The notes below the pieces were generated by a model. It was not told where the DNA came from, searched no databases, and saw only the letters and a list, made by a program, of their open reading frames with translations. 64,000 nt of DNA from Convolutriloba macropyga (Eukaryota), in assembly GCF_964194025.1 (NCBI RefSeq), contig NC_134470.1, positions 75,330,001 to 75,394,000 on the forward strand, given 5' to 3'. Shown piece by piece: positions 1-14,676 of the stretch; within the stretch, counting starts at the first letter, position 1, and each line of letters opens with the position of its first letter. A program made the translations under genes and the position numbers.

Positions 1-303
1 TTGTTTGACTTGTGAAGTGAGATTGTGTTGTTTATCAGGTCGTGCCACACTACCAAGTCCTTCCTCTTGCTCAGATGACCCTTCTGAAGGAGATTTCTCG
101 CGTTCTGGAACCAATTTCTGGAATTTCTGTTGAAGGAGAATCCGGGAACTGATGTTACTTTCCCTAAAAACTTTCCCTAAAAATAATTGCTACGTCCACC
201 CTAACCTTAAGTATTCCTCTTGTGGGGGTTTTGGAAATTTCGTTTGGTCATGCACAGGATATTGTTTGCAATTTTTGTTTTCTCAAGCCAAAATTGAATT
301 GAA

Positions 304-590
304 CTAGAATTTTAGCGTGAATTCATCCACCCTCGTATATTCATCGCATTTGCTTAGTCCAACTTTTAACTCGCAGATGTATTTGTTTCGATGTTCATTA
401 GTTTATCTACATTGCGATGGGCATCCCGAATTTTCCATTCAATGTCATTCCAGGAGCCACCACAATCAAAATGATGTTGACTCCCCTGTGAATCGTTCTT
501 TAGATGTTCTGATATCCTAGTAGTAACATGGCGGCGTGTTTGCCCAACATAGATGGATCCGCATCAATTACATTTTAACTCAGATGCAGA
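304..590 (-). mobile_element. Penelope-like element GIY-YIG 3' fragment (PLE-A); one copy in every array unit
   Basis: Minus-strand translation ELKCN*CGSIYVGQTRRHVTTRISEHLKN..WKIRDAHRNVDKLMNIE matches a PLE GIY-YIG endonuclease C-terminus. Degenerate. Confidence 0.8.
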
Positions 591-626
591 GAAGTAATTG
601 TCAATTAAAACTTAAATTGATTATTT

Positions 627-665
627 AAAACGACGTTTTTGAACATCGCGTTCATCGTCAGGTTT
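627..665 (-). ncRNA. Minimal hammerhead ribozyme motif, degenerate copy (GAAA>AAAA)
   Basis: Same locus as the intact copies, but G12 of the core is substituted. Confidence 0.45.
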
Positions 666-2252
666 AGAAATTCATTGAAGTCATTTACGAAGTATATAAA
701 CTTGTCTTTGACTATAATTCTAAGAAAAGAGTTAAAATAACATCGAATGTTTGAAATTTTTTACAGTTAAAATTACATTTACAACATTTTTTTACACTTA
801 TTACACTAAAATCAATTCATTTTACATTCCAGATTTTATGAAAATTTGGGGTATAATGCTTTCTATTCCTGAAAAGGGATTTTTTTTCATTCCTATCTGT
901 TTTTATTTTTTTCTTACTTTTTGAGGTTGACAAAACTTCGAATTAACATGTACCAGAATAATTTTTGAATTTCAAAAGTCAAATTTTTGTCTTTGAACTA
1001 GTACTTCACTGTCAATTCCCTCCCCCGATATTCATCGCGCGTATTTAATTGCAGTTTCAGCATTTTGAGGTAGATCGCTTCAATCGTCATTACTTAATTT
1101 TTTCAAGCACGCCGGTATCGGATGAAAAAAATCGCATTTCAAATCGCGGACCCGGGCATTTCAAATCGCGGACTGTTTATAGACATTGTCTGAAAATCAC
1201 AATAAGTCGATTCGAATGAACATAATGGACAGAAACATTGGAAGAAATCCAATTTTTTTAAAAAATACATTTTAAAAGAAATATTTTCAACATAACGATT
1301 AATGGCGAAACATGAACAGCTATCAAATGAGATACGTTATGACCTTCCGTTCAATGAAATACGCCAAAAATTAGTATTAAAAGCTAATTTAAATGATAAC
1401 TCATCTCAAGTCTGACCAGACTTGGAAACAATTCAACGGTAAAACAAAAATTTCTGGCAAATCATCAAATATTCACTGCTCCCTAAAACAGATACTACAG
1501 TAAAAAAAAACAATATAAAAACAAGCACGAGAGTGCATACGTTTGAGTAGGAAGTAGGTGGAGTCTCTTGTTAATGGCATTAACTTACCAGTCGGCAAAA
1601 AAACAATAGTGCAAACAAAATTTCAAGGTCATTTGCTGTCATTCCAAAACATTACGACATTCAATTCCTCCTAATTAGAAAGCCAATTAGACTTGTCAGC
1701 AATAAAAATTGCTACGTCCACTCTAACCTTAAGTATCCCTCTTGTGGGGGTTTTGGAAATTTCGTTTGGTCATGCACAAAATTTTGTTTGCAATTTTTGT
1801 TTTCTCAAGCCAAAATTGAATTGAACTAGAATTTTAGCGTGAATTCATCCACCCTCGTATATTCATCGCATTTGCTTAGTCCAACTTTTAACTCGCAGAT
1901 GTATTTGTTTCGATGTTCATTAGTTTATCTACATTGCGATGGGCATCCCGAATTTTCCATTCAATGTCATTCCCGGAGCCACCACTATCAAAATGATGTT
2001 GACTCCCCTGTGAATCGTTCTTTAGATGTTCTGATATCCTAGTAGTAAAATGGCGGCGTGTTTGCCCAACATAGATGGATCCGCATCAATTACATTTTAA
2101 CTCAGATGCAGAGAAGAAATAGTCAATTAAAATTTAAATTGATTAACTAAAACGACGTTTGCGAACAGGTATTTGACACCGCCCTGCAATGTTACTATCA
2201 AGTTTTCATCACATATTATATTCTGACGCTGCATTAGAACATCTGTGCTAAC

Positions 2253-3567
2253 CTTTTTAACTTCTTTCTTATTTTGAAATCCAGCGTTTGTTTCTTCTTC
2301 AGCTCTGTGTGCCTCCTGTTTTTAGAATCATACTCACTAACCAGTTCGCCTATAATCAAAAACATGAGGCATCAAAGTAACCAAAAACACGAGGCATCAA
2401 AAGTAACGAAAAAGTTTCTCGTTCACAAATCACAGCTTACCCGATTTAGATATTTCTTCGAATAGAGCGGTTCTCTCCTTCGGGTTTTCATTGCAATTTT
2501 CTCTACCTGCCCTTGAAAAACCAGAAAATTTCTGGCTTTGATAAAAATTCCTATTCTTTCCAGCTCTTTCTGATAGTCTTGCTGACTCACGCTCTAAAAA
2601 ATATAGTTTCTTAAGAAAACATACAACGGTGATTAAATTCAGACAAGAACATCTACTTCAGGGATTTGGAAAAACTAATTGGAATTTCAATAATTGATCG
2701 GAACAAAATTACATAATTAATTACTCGACAATTCTGGAAATCGAAACATCATTCTCCCAGGTTGGAAACCTGGAATTAGAGAAAATGTTCTCAGATAACA
2801 AATTTCTGTCGCAGATCATATGCAATTTGACATATTTTGGCATTGAGAAACTTTTCTTAGAAACTTTTTGATTAAAAAGTTGAATGCTTCAGACAATAAA
2901 ACATTTGCGTTTGCAAAACATTTGCAAAATTATTTTAAAAACTACAATAAAATGTATGACAAAATGTATTATGTAACTACTAAATGTAATATTGATAGAA
3001 ATTTTATTGTTGCAATTGATTTTTAGGCTTTGTCAATTAATTTAGATGATTGTTCCTCCTTTTGTCTAGCCAATTAATTGCAAGTAATTTTTCCAAATCC
3101 CTGATCTACTTTACGTCTGCGTTTCAAAATAGCATAAAATTACTATTAACCCTTAGAAAGTCAACGTAACGTAACAACGATTGGTTGGGACAGGCTTGCC
3201 GACCGGGGATCCGTGAATCAAGTCAGATATTTTCTTTACTCGGAGCATGTTGCTTTTCTCTCCTGAACAGAAGACAATTTCATATCTTTTCATTACTTTT
3301 TCAAATAAGTACAGCTTCATAAGTACAAATCAACAGACACTAACCCAAAAGAAAACTGATAGCATCCATCAAATTACTCTTTCCAGATCCATTCGGTCCA
3401 ATTATCGCAGTAAAATCAGTAAAAGGGATTTCATGATGACCTTTGAAGCTTTTAAAGTCCTGCATTTCAATGCGTATCATTCTGCCTCCAGCTAACGCCA
3501 AGCTAGGATTGCCCGCATTGGCCATTGGTGTCCCGGGCATTTCAAATCGCGGACTGTTTATAGACAT
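2253..3567 (-). pseudogene. SMC1: SMC1 (cohesin) 5' fragment, exons 1-4, copy 1
   Basis: Exons at ~3567-3345, 3262-3151, 2593-2441 and 2349-2253, with GT-AG introns. Translation [53 protein letters not shown]../..[26 protein letters not shown] matches the SMC1 N-terminal head with Walker A. Disabled by a TAA stop, a 73-bp deletion, frameshifts and 3' truncation. Confidence 0.93.
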
Positions 3568-4635
3568 TGTCTGAAAATCACAACAAGTCGATTCGAATGA
3601 ACATAAAGGACAGACACATTGGAAGAAATCCAACTTTTTTTCAAAAATACATTTCAAAAGAAATATTTTCAACATGACGATTAATGGCGAAACATGAACA
3701 GCAATCAAATGAGAGACGTTATGATCTTCCGTTCAATAAAATACGCCAAAAATTAGTATTAAAAGCTAATTTAAATGATAACTCATCTCAAGTCTGACCA
3801 GACTTGGAAACAAGTCAACGGTAAAACAAAAATTTCTGGCAAATCATCAAATATTCACTGTTCCCTAAAACAGATACTACAATAAAAAAAAAACAATATA
3901 AAAACAAGCACGAGAGTGCATACGTTTGAGTAGGAAGTAGGTGGAGTCTCTTGTTAATGGCATTAACTTACCAGTCGGCAAAAAAACAATAGTGCAAACA
4001 AAATTTCAAGGTCATTTGCTGTCATCCCAAAACATTACGACATTCAATTCCTCCTAATTAGAAAGCCAATTAGACTTGTCAGCAATAAAAATTGCTACGT
4101 CCACTCTAACCTTAAGTATCCCTCTTGTGGGGGTTTTGGAAATTTCGTTTGGTCATGCACAAAATTTTGTTTGCAATTTTTGTTTTCTCAAGCCAAAATT
4201 GAATTGAACTAGAATTTTAGCGTGAATTCATCCACCCTCGTATATTCATCGCATTTGCTTAGTCCAACTTTTAACTCGCAGATGTATTTGTTTCGATGTT
4301 CATTAGTTTATCTACATTGCGATGGGCATCCCGAATTTTCCATTCAATGTCATTCCCGAAGCCACCACTATCAAAATGATGTTGACTCCCCTGTGAATCA
4401 TTCTTTAGATGTTCTGATATCCTAGTAGTAAAATGGCGGCGTGTTTGCCCAACATAGATGGATCCGCATCAATTACATTTTAACTCAGATGCAGAGAAGA
4501 AATAGTCAATTAAAATTTAAATTGATTATCTAAAACGACGTTTGCGAACAGGTATATGACACCGCCCTGCAATGTTACTATCAAGTTTTCATCACATATT
4601 ATATTCTGACGCTGCATTAGAACATCTGTGCTAAC

Positions 4636-5951
4636 CTTTTTAACTTCTTTCTTCTTTTGAAATCCAGCGTTTGTTTCTTCTTCAGCTCTGTGTTCCTCCT
4701 GTTTTTAGAATCATACTCACTAACCAGTTCGCCTATAATCAAAAACATGAGGCATCAAAGTAACCAAAAACACGAGGCATCAAAAGTAACGAAAAAGTTT
4801 CTCGTTCACAAATCACAGCTTACCCGATTTAGATATTTCTTCGAATAGAGCGGTTCTCTCCTTCGGGTTTTTCATTGCAATTTTCTCTACCTGCCCTTGA
4901 AAAACCAGAAAATTTCTGGCTTTGATAAAAATTCCTATTCTTTCCAGCTCTTTCTGATAGTCTTGCTGACTCACGCTCTAAAAAATATAGTTTCTTAAGA
5001 AAACATACAACGGTGATTAAATTCAGACAAGAACATCTACTTCAGGGATTTGGAAAAACTAATTGGAATTTCAATAATTGATCGGAACAAAATTACATAA
5101 TTAATTACTCGACAATTCTGGAAATCGAAACATCATTCTCCCAGGTTGGAAACCTGGAATTAGAGAAAATGTTCTCAGATAACAAATTTCTGTCGCAGAT
5201 CATATGCAATTTGACATATTTTGGCATTGAGAAACTTTTCTTAGAAACTTTTTGATTAAAAAGTTGAATGCTTCAGACAATAAAACATTTGCGTTTGCAA
5301 AACATTTGCAAAATTATTTTAAAAACTACAATAAAATGTATGACAAAATGTATTATGTAACTACTAAATGTAATATTGATAGAAATTTTATTGTTGCAAT
5401 TGATTTTTAGGCTTTGTCAATTAATTTAGATGATTGTTCCTCCTTTTGTCTAGCCAATTAATTGCAAGTAATTTTTCCAAATCCCTGATCTACTTTACGT
5501 CTGCGTTTCAAAATAGCACAAAATTACTATTAACCCTTCGAAAGTCAACGTAACGTAACAACGATTGGTTGGGACAGGCTTGCCGACCGGGGATCCGTGA
5601 ATCAAGTCAGATATTTTCTTTACTCGGAGCATGTTGCTTTTCTCTCCTGAACAGAAGACAATTTCATATCTTTTCATTACTTTTTCAAATAAGTACAGCT
5701 TCATAAGTACAAATCAACAGACACTAACCCAAAAGAAAACTGATAGCATCCATCAAATTACTCTTTCCAGATCCATTCGGTCCAATTATCGCAGTAAAAT
5801 CAGTAAAAGGGATTTCATGATGACCTTTGAAGCTTTTAAAGTCCTGCATTTCAATGCGTATCATTCTGCCTCCAGCTAACGCCAAGCTAGGATTGCCCGC
5901 ATTGGCCATTGGTGTCCCGGGCATTTCAAATCGCGGACTGTTTATAGACAT
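4636..5951 (-). pseudogene. SMC1: SMC1 5' fragment, exons 1-4, copy 2
   Basis: Same exon structure as copy 1, offset +2383/2384. Exon 3 reads [34 protein letters not shown]. Carries the frameshifting 73-bp deletion in exon 2 and a -1 shift in exon 4. Confidence 0.93.
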
Positions 5952-6911
5952 TGTCTGAAAATCACAACAAGTCGATTCGAATGAACATAAAGGACAGACA
6001 CATTGGAAGAAATCCAATTTTTTTTCAAAAATACATTTCAAAAGAAATATTTTCAACATGACGATTAATGGCGAAACATGAACAGCAATCAAATGAGAGA
6101 CGTTATGATCTTCCGTTCAATGAAATACGCCAAAAATTAGTATTAAAAGCTAATTTAAATGATAACTCATCTCAAGTCTGACCAGACTTGGAAACAAGTC
6201 AACGGTAAAACAAAAATTTCTGGCAAATCATCAAATATTCACTGTTCCCTAAAACAGATACTACAATAAAAAAAACAATATAAAAACAAGCACGAGAGTG
6301 CATACGTTTGAGTAGGAAGTAGGTGGAGTCTCTTGTTAATGGCATTAACTTACCAGTCGGCAAAATCAATAGTGCAAACAATATTTCAAGGTCATTTGCT
6401 GTCAATCCAAAACATTACGACATTCAATTACCCCTAATTAGAAAGCCAATTAGACTTGTCAGCAATAATAATTGCTACGTCCACCCTAACTATAAGTATC
6501 CCTCTTGTGGGGGCTTTGGAAATTTCGTTTCGTCATGCACAAAATATTGTTTGCACTTTTTGTTTTCTCAAGCCAAAATTGAATTGAACTAGAATTTTAG
6601 CGTGAATTCATCCACCCTCGTATATTAATCGCATTTGCTTAGTCCAACTTTTAACTCGCAGATGTATTTGTTTCGATGTTCATTAGTTTATCTACATTGC
6701 GATGGGCATCCCGAATTTTCCATTCAATGTCATTCCAGGAGCCACCACAATCAAAATGATGTTGACTCCCCTGTTAATCGTTCTTTGGATGTTCTGATAT
6801 CCTAGTAGTAACATGGCGGCGAGTTTGCCCAACATAGATGGATCCGCATCAATTACATTTTAACTCAGATGCAGAGAAGTAATTGTCAATTAAAACTTAA
6901 ATTGATTATTT

Positions 6912-6950
6912 AAAACGACGTTTTCGAACATTGCATTCATCGTCAGGTTT
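6912..6950 (-). ncRNA. Minimal type I hammerhead ribozyme motif (PLE 3' UTR)
   Basis: Minus strand reads AAAC-CTGACGA-T-GAAT-gcaat-GTTC-GAAA-ACG-TC-GTTT. Confidence 0.62.
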
Positions 6951-8433
6951 AAAAGTTCATTGAAGTCATTTACGAAGTATATAAACTTGTCTTTGACTAT
7001 AACTCTAAGAAAAGAGTTAAAATAACATCGAATTTTTGAAATTTTTTACAGTTAAAATCACATTTACAACATTTTTTTACACTTATTACACTAAAATCAA
7101 TTCATTTTACATTCCAGATTTTATGAAAATTCGGGGTATAATGCTTTTTATTCCAGAACAGGGATTTTTTTTCATTCCTATCTGTTTTTATTTTTTTCTT
7201 ACTTTTTGAGGTTGACAAAACTTCGAATTAACATGTACCAGAATAATTTTTGAATTTCAAAAGTCAAATTTTTGTCTTTGAATAGTACTTCACTGTCAAT
7301 TCCCTCCCCCGATATTCATCGCGCGTATTTAATTGCAGTTTAAGCATTTTGATGTAGATCGCTTCAATCGTCATTACTTAATTTTTTCAAGCACGCCGGT
7401 ATCGGATGAAAAGAAATCGCATTTCTAATCGCGGACCCGGGCATTTCAAATCGCGGACTGTTTATAGACATTGTCTGAAAATCACAATAAGTCGATTCGA
7501 ATGAACATAAAGGGCAGAAACATTGGAAAAAATCCATTTTTTTTAGAAAATACATTTTAAAAGAAATATTTTCAACATAACGATTAATGGCGAAACATGA
7601 ACAGCTATCAAATGAGAGACGTTATGACCTTCCGTTCAATGAAATACGCCAAAAGTTAGTATTAAAAGCTAATTTAAATGAAAACTCATCTCAATTTGAC
7701 CAGACTTGGAAACAAGTCAACGGTAAAACAAAAATTTCTGGCAAATCATCAAATATTCACTGTTCCCTAAAACAGATACTACAGTAAAAAAAAAACAATA
7801 TAAAAACAAGCACGAGAGTGCATACGTTTGAGTAGGAAGTAGGTGGAGTCTCTTGTTAATGGCATTAACTTACCAGTCGGCAAAAAAATAATAGTGCCAA
7901 CAAAGTTTCAAGGTCATTTGCTGTCATTCCAAAACATTACGACATTCAATTACCCCTAATTAGAAAGCCAATTAGACTTGTCAGCATTAAAAATTGCTAC
8001 GTCCACCCTAACCTTAACTATCCCTCTTGTGGGGGTTTTGGAAATTTCGTTTGGTCATGTACAAGATATTGTTTGCAATTTTTGTTTTCTCAAGCCAAAA
8101 TTGAAATGAACTAGAAATTTAGCGTGAATTCATCCACCCTCGTATATTCATCGCATTTGCTTAGTCCAACTTTTAACTCGCAGATGTATTTGTTTCGATG
8201 TTCCTTAGTTTATATACATTGCGATGGGCATCCCGAATTTTCCATTCAATGTCATTCCAGGAGCCACCACAATCAAAATGATGTTGACTCCCCTGTGAAT
8301 CGTTCTTTAGATGTTCTGATATCCTAGTAGTAAAATGGCGGCGTGTTTGCCCAACATAGATGGAACCGCATCAATTACATTTTAACTCAGATGCAGAGAA
8401 GTAATTGTCAATTAAAACTTAAATTGATTGTTT

Positions 8434-8472
8434 AAAACGACGTTTTCGAACATTGCATTCATCGTCAGGTTT
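8434..8472 (-). ncRNA. Minimal type I hammerhead ribozyme motif
   Basis: Same core as 6912-6950. Confidence 0.62.
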
Positions 8473-8833
8473 AAAAATTCATTGAAGTCATTTACGAAGT
8501 ATATAAACTTGTCTTTGACTATAATTCTAAGAAAAGAGTTAAAATAACATCGGATTTTTGAAATTTTTTACAGTTAAAATCACATTTACAACATTTTTTT
8601 TACACTTATTACACTAAAATCAATTCATTTTACATTCCAGATTTTATGAAAATTCGGGGTATAATGCTTTTTATTCCTGAAAAGGGATTTTTTTTCATTC
8701 CTATCTGTTTTTATTTTTTTCTTACTTTTTGAGGTTGACAAAACTTCGAATTAACATGTACCAGAATAATTTTTGAATTTCAAAAGTCAAATTTTTGTCT
8801 TTGAACTAGTACTTCACTGTCAATTCCCTCCAC

Positions 8834-10665
8834 CGATATATCAATCTCTTTCTGTGCATAGTATAGTTTGAACAGCATAAGTTCAATCTGAGCATCAGCC
8901 AGCTCTACTTGCAGTCTTGCGTATTTATCTGCCTCTTCTTTCTCCTGCTTCGCCTCTTTCCGCACCTAAAACATGCATTTAATTTACAAAGACTCATTAT
9001 CAAAGATTTATTAACAAATATTGATTTCATGGTCATTTGGTAATTCTTTGCCTTTTTCACAATATCCCCTATTATAACGTACAGCGCCCCCGTTCTTGGG
9101 GGCTATATAACCCACCAGACCATCCCCACCCAATACCGAAATACATCTTAATGGAAGGCTAATTGGAACACCCGATACTTTATTGCGAACAGGTATAGGA
9201 CACCGCCCTGCAACGTTACTATCAAGTTTTCATCACATATTATATTCTGACGCTGCATTAGAACATCTGTGCTAACCTTTTTAACTTCTTTCGTCTTTTG
9301 AAATCCAGCGTTTGTTTCTTCTTCAGCTCTGTGTGCCTCCTGCTTTTAGAATCATACTCACTAAACAGTTCGCATATAACCAAAAACATGAGGCATCAAA
9401 AGTAACCAAAAACATGAGGCATCAAAAGTAACGAAAAAGTTTCTCGTTCACAAATCACAGCTTACCCGATTTAGATATTTCTTCGAAAAGAGCGGTTCTC
9501 TCCTTCGGGTTTTTCATGGCAATGTTCTCTACCTGCCCTTGAAAAACCAGAAAATTTCTGGCTTTGATAAAAATTCCTATTCTTTCCAGCTCTTTCTGAT
9601 AGTCTTGCTGACTCACGCTCTAAAAAATATAGTTTCTTAAGAAAACATACAACAGTGATTAAATTCAGACAAGAACATCTACTTCAGGGATTTGGAAAAA
9701 CTAATTGGAATTTCAATAATTGATCGGAACAAAATTACATAATTAATTACTCGACAATTCTGGAAATCGAAACATCATTCTCCCAGGTTGGAAACCTGGA
9801 ATTAGAGAAAATGTTCTCAGATAACAAATTTCTGTCGCAGATCATATGCAATTTGACATATTTTGGCATTGAGAAACTTTTCTTAGAAACTTTTTGATTA
9901 AAAGGTTGAATGCTTCAGAAAATAAAACATTTGCGTTTGCAAAACATTGCAAAATTATTTTAAAAACTACGATAAAATGTATTACAAAATGTATTATGTA
10001 ACTACTAAATGTATTATTGATAGAAATTTTAATGTTGCAATTGATTTTTAGGGTTTGTCAATTAATTTAGTTGATTGTTCCTCCTTTTGTCTAGCCAATT
10101 AATTGCAAGTAATTATTCCAAATCCCTGATCTACTTTACGTCTGCGTTTCAAAATAGCATAAAATTACTATTAACCCTTTTATTAATACGATATTCTGAA
10201 GAGGACCCAGACACTGCACGTGAGAATTCAAGAATGTTTCCCGATCTCTCTTAGAAAGTCAACGTAACGTAACAACGATTGGTTGGGACAGGCTTGCCGA
10301 CCGGGGATCCGTGAATCAAGTCAGATATTTTCTTTACTCGGAGCATGTTGCTTTTCTCTTATGAACAGAAGACAATTTCATATCTTTTCATTACTTTTTC
10401 AAATAAGTACAGCTTCATAAGTACAAATCAACAGACACTAACCCAAAACAAATCTGATGGCATCCATCAAATTACTCTTTTCAGATCCATTCGGTCCAAT
10501 TATCGCAGTAAAATCAGTAAAAGGGATTTCATGTTGACCTTTGAAGCTTTTAAAGTCCTGCATTTCAATGCGTATCATCCTGCCTCCAGCTAACGCCAAG
10601 CTAGGATTGCCCGCATTGGCCATTGGTGTCCCGGGCATTTCAAATCGCGGACTGTTTATACACAT
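8834..10665 (-). pseudogene. SMC1: SMC1 5' fragment, exons 1-5, copy 3 (longest)
   Basis: Has the full exon 2 (..EFSRAVSGSSSEYRINKR) and exon 5 [35 protein letters not shown] (SMC1 coiled-coil start). Walker A is mutated (GSEKS), the intron-1 acceptor is CAG>CAT, there is an in-frame TAA, and exon 5 is fused to a Penelope 3' end. Confidence 0.93.
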
Positions 10666-11627
10666 TGTCTGAAAATCACAATAAGTCGATTCGAATGAAC
10701 ATAAAGGACAGAAACATTGGAAGAAATCCAATTTTTTTAAAAAATACATTTTAAAAGAAATATTTTCAACATAACGATTAATGGCGAAACATGAACAGCT
10801 ATCAAATGAGAGACGTTATGACCTTCCGTTCAATGAAATACGCCGAAAATTAGTATTAAAAGCTAATTTAAATGATAACTCATCTCAAGTCTGACCAGAC
10901 TTGGAAACAAGTCAACGGTAAAACAAAAATTTCTGGCAAATCATCAAAAATTCACTGTTCCCTAAAACAGACACTACAGTAAAAAAAAAACAAGGTAAAA
11001 ACAAACACGAGAGTGCATACGTTTGAGTAGGAAGTAGATGGAGTCTCTTGTTAATGGCATTAACTTACCAGTCGGCAAAAAACAATAGTGCAAACAAAAT
11101 TTCAAGGTCATTTGCTGTCATTCCAAAACATTACGACATTCAATTACCCCTAATTAGAAAGCCAATTAGACTCGTCAGCAACAATAATTGCTACTTCCAC
11201 CCTAACCTTAAGTATCCCTCATGTGGGGGTTTTGGAAATTTCGTTTGGTCATGCACAAAATATTGTTTACAATTTTTGTTTTCTCAAGCCAAAATTGAAT
11301 TGAACTAAAATTTTAGCGTGACTTCATCCACCCTCGTATATTCATCGTATTTGCTTAGTCCAATTTTTAACTCGCAGATGTATTTGTTTCGATGTTCATT
11401 AGTTTATCTACATTGCGATGGGCATCCCGAATTTTCCATTCAATGTCATTCCAGGAGCCACCACAATCAAAATGATGTTGAATCCCCTGTGAATCGTTCT
11501 TTAGATGTTCTGATATCCTAGTAGTAAAATGGCGGCGTGTTTGCCCAACATAGATGGATCCGCATCAATTACATTTTAACTCAGATGCAGAGAAGAAATA
11601 GTCAATTAAAAATTAAATTGATTAACT

Positions 11628-11666
11628 AAAACGACGTTTTCGAACATTGCGTTCATCGTCAGGTTT
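11628..11666 (-). ncRNA. Minimal type I hammerhead ribozyme motif
   Basis: Minus strand reads AAAC-CTGACGA-T-GAAC-gcaat-GTTC-GAAA-ACG-TC-GTTT: CUGANGA and GAAA boxes, 4-bp stem II, GUC cleavage triplet, stem I AAAC/GTTT. Confidence 0.68.
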
Positions 11667-13151
11667 AAAAATTAAATGAAATCTTTTACAAAGTATATAA
11701 AATTGTCTTTGACTATAATTCTAAGAAATGAGTTAAAATAACATCGAATTTTTGAAATTTTTTACAGTTAAAATCAAATTTACAACATTTTTTTACAATT
11801 ATTACACTAAAATCAATTCATTTTACATTCCGGATTTTATGAAAATTCGGGGTATAATGCTTTCTATTCCTGAAAAGGGATTTTTACTTTCATTCCTATC
11901 TGTTTTTATTTCTTTCTTACTTTTTGGGGTTGACAAAACTTCGAATTAACATGTACCAGAATAATTTTTGAATTTCAAAAGTCAAATTTTTGTCTTTGAA
12001 CTAGTACTTCACTGTCAATTCCCTCCCCCGATATTCATCGCGCGTATTTAATTGCAGTTTCAGCATTTTGATGTAGATCGCTTCAATCGTCATTACTTAA
12101 TTTTTTCAAGCACGCCGGTATCGGATGAAAAAAAATCGCATTTCAAATCGCGGACCCGGGCATTTCAAATCGCGGACTGTTTATAGACATTGTCTGAAAA
12201 TCACAATAAGTAGATTCGAATGATTATAAAGGACAGAAATTTTGGAAGAAATCCAATTTTTTTAGAAAATACATTTTAAAAGAAATATTTTCAACATAAC
12301 GATTAATGGCGGAACATGAACAGCTATCAAATGAGAGACGTTATGACCTTCCGTTCAATTAAATACGCCAAAAATTAGTATTAAAAGCTAATTTAAATGA
12401 TAACTCATCTCAAGTCTGACCAGACTTGGAAACAAGTCAACGGTAAAAAAAAATTTCCGGCAAATCATCAAAAATTCACTGTTCCCTAAAACAGATACTA
12501 CATTAAAAAAAAACAATATAAAAACAAGCACAAGAGTGCATACGTTTGAGTAGGAAGTAGGTGGAGTCTCTTGTTAATGGCATTAACTTACCAGTCGGCA
12601 GAAAAACAATAGTGCAAACAAAAATTCAAGGTCATTTGCTGTCATTCCAAAACATTACGACATTCAATTACCCCTAATTAGAAAGCCAATTAGACTTGTC
12701 AGCAATAATAATTGCTACGTCCACCCTAACCTTAAGTATCCCTCTTGTGGGGGTTTTGGAAATTTCGTTTGGTCATGCACAAAAAATTGTTTGTAATTTT
12801 TGGATTTATCAAGCCAAAATTGAATTGAACTAGAATTTTAGCGTGAATTCATCCACCCCCGTATATTCATCGCATTTGCTTAGTCCAATTTTAACTTGCA
12901 GATGTATTTGTTTCGATGTTCATTAGTTTATCTACATTGCGATGGGCATCCCGAATTTTCCATTCAATGACATTCCAGGAGCCACCACATTCAAAATGAT
13001 GTTAACTCCCCTGTGAATCGTTCTTTAGATGTTCTGATATCCTAGTAGTAACATGGCGGCGTGTTTGCCCAACATAGATTGATCCGCATCAATTACATTT
13101 TAACTCAGATGCAGAGAAGAAATAGTCACTTAAAACTTAAATTGATTAACT

Positions 13152-13190
13152 AAAACGACGTTTTCGAACATTGCGTTCATCGTCAGGTTA
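13152..13190 (-). ncRNA. Minimal type I hammerhead ribozyme motif
   Basis: Same core as 11628-11666, with one stem I substitution. Confidence 0.62.
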
Positions 13191-14676
13191 AAAAATTAAA
13201 TGAAATCTTTTACGAAGTATATAAACTTGTTTTTGACTATAATTCTAAGAAATGAGTTAAAATAACATCGAATTTTTGAAATTTTTTACAGTTAAAATCA
13301 CAATTACAACATTTTATTTACACTTATTACAATAAAATCAATTCATTTTACATTCCGGATTTTATGAAAATTCGGGGTATAATGCTTTCTATTCCTGAAA
13401 AGGGATGTTTACTTTCATTCCTATCTGTTTTTATTTTTTTCTTACTTTTTGGGTTGACAAAACTTCGAAATAACATGTACCAGAATAATTTTTGAATTTC
13501 AAAGTCAAATTTTTGTCTTTGAACTAGTACTTCACTGTCAATTCCCTCCCCCGATATTCATCGCGCGTATTTAATTGCAGTTTCAGCATTTTGATGTAGA
13601 TCGCTTCAATCGTCATTACTTAATTTTTTCAAGCACGCTGGTATCGGATGAAAAAAATCGCATTTCAAATCGCGGACCCGGGCATTTCAAATCGCGGACT
13701 GTTTATAGACATTGTCTGAAAATCACAATAAGTCGATTCGAATGAACATAAAGGGCAGAAACATTGGAAAAAAATCCATTTTTTTTAGAAAATACATTTT
13801 AAAAGAAATATTTTCAACATAACGATTAATGGCGAAACATGAACAGCTATCAAATGAGAGACGTTATGACCTTCCGTTCAATGAAATACGCCAAAAGTTA
13901 GTATTAAAAGCTAATTTAAATGAAAACTCATCTCAAGTTTGACCAGACTTGGAAACAAGTCAACGGTAAAACAAAAATTTCTGGCAAATCATCAAAAATT
14001 CACTGTTCCCTAAAACAGATACTACATTAAAAAAAAAACAATATAAAAACAAGCACAAGAGTGCATACGTTTGAGTAGGAAGTAGGTGGAGTCTCTTGTT
14101 AATGGCATTAACTTACCAGTCGGCAAAAAAATAATAGTGCCAACAAAGTTTCAAGGTCATTTGCTGTCATTCCAAAACATTACGACATTCAATTCCTCCT
14201 AATTAGAAAGCCAATTAGACTTGTCAGCAATAAAAATTGCTACGTCCACTCTAACCTTAAGTATCCCTCTTGTGGGGGTTTTGGAAATTTCGTTTGGTCA
14301 TGCACAAAATTTTGTTTGCAATTTTTGTTTTCTCAAGCCAAAATTGAATTGAACTAGAATTTTAGCGTGAATTCATCCACCCTCATATATTCATCGCTTT
14401 TGCTTAGTCCAATTTTTAACTCGCAGATGTATTTGTTTCGACGTTCATTAGTTTATCTACATTGCGATGGGCATCCCGAATTTTCCATTCAATGTCACTC
14501 CAGGAGCCACCACAATCAAAATGATGTTGACTCCCCTGTGAATCGTTCTTTAGATGTTCTGATGTCTTAGTAGTAACATGGCGGCGTGTTTGCCCAACAT
14601 AGATGGATCCGCATCAATTACATTTTAACTCAGATGCAGAGAAGAAATAGTCAATTAAAATTTAAATTGATTAACT

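Noticed and set aside
3340-10749. Functional SMC1 gene, or a bacterial SMC/Wadjet-type system
   Set aside because: Spliceosomal introns show a eukaryotic origin. All copies are 3' truncated and have stops or frameshifts.
317-14570. Repeated 67-aa ORF MNSSTLVYSS... as a small gene family
   Set aside because: It is the antisense shadow of the Penelope GIY-YIG fragment and starts at GTG.
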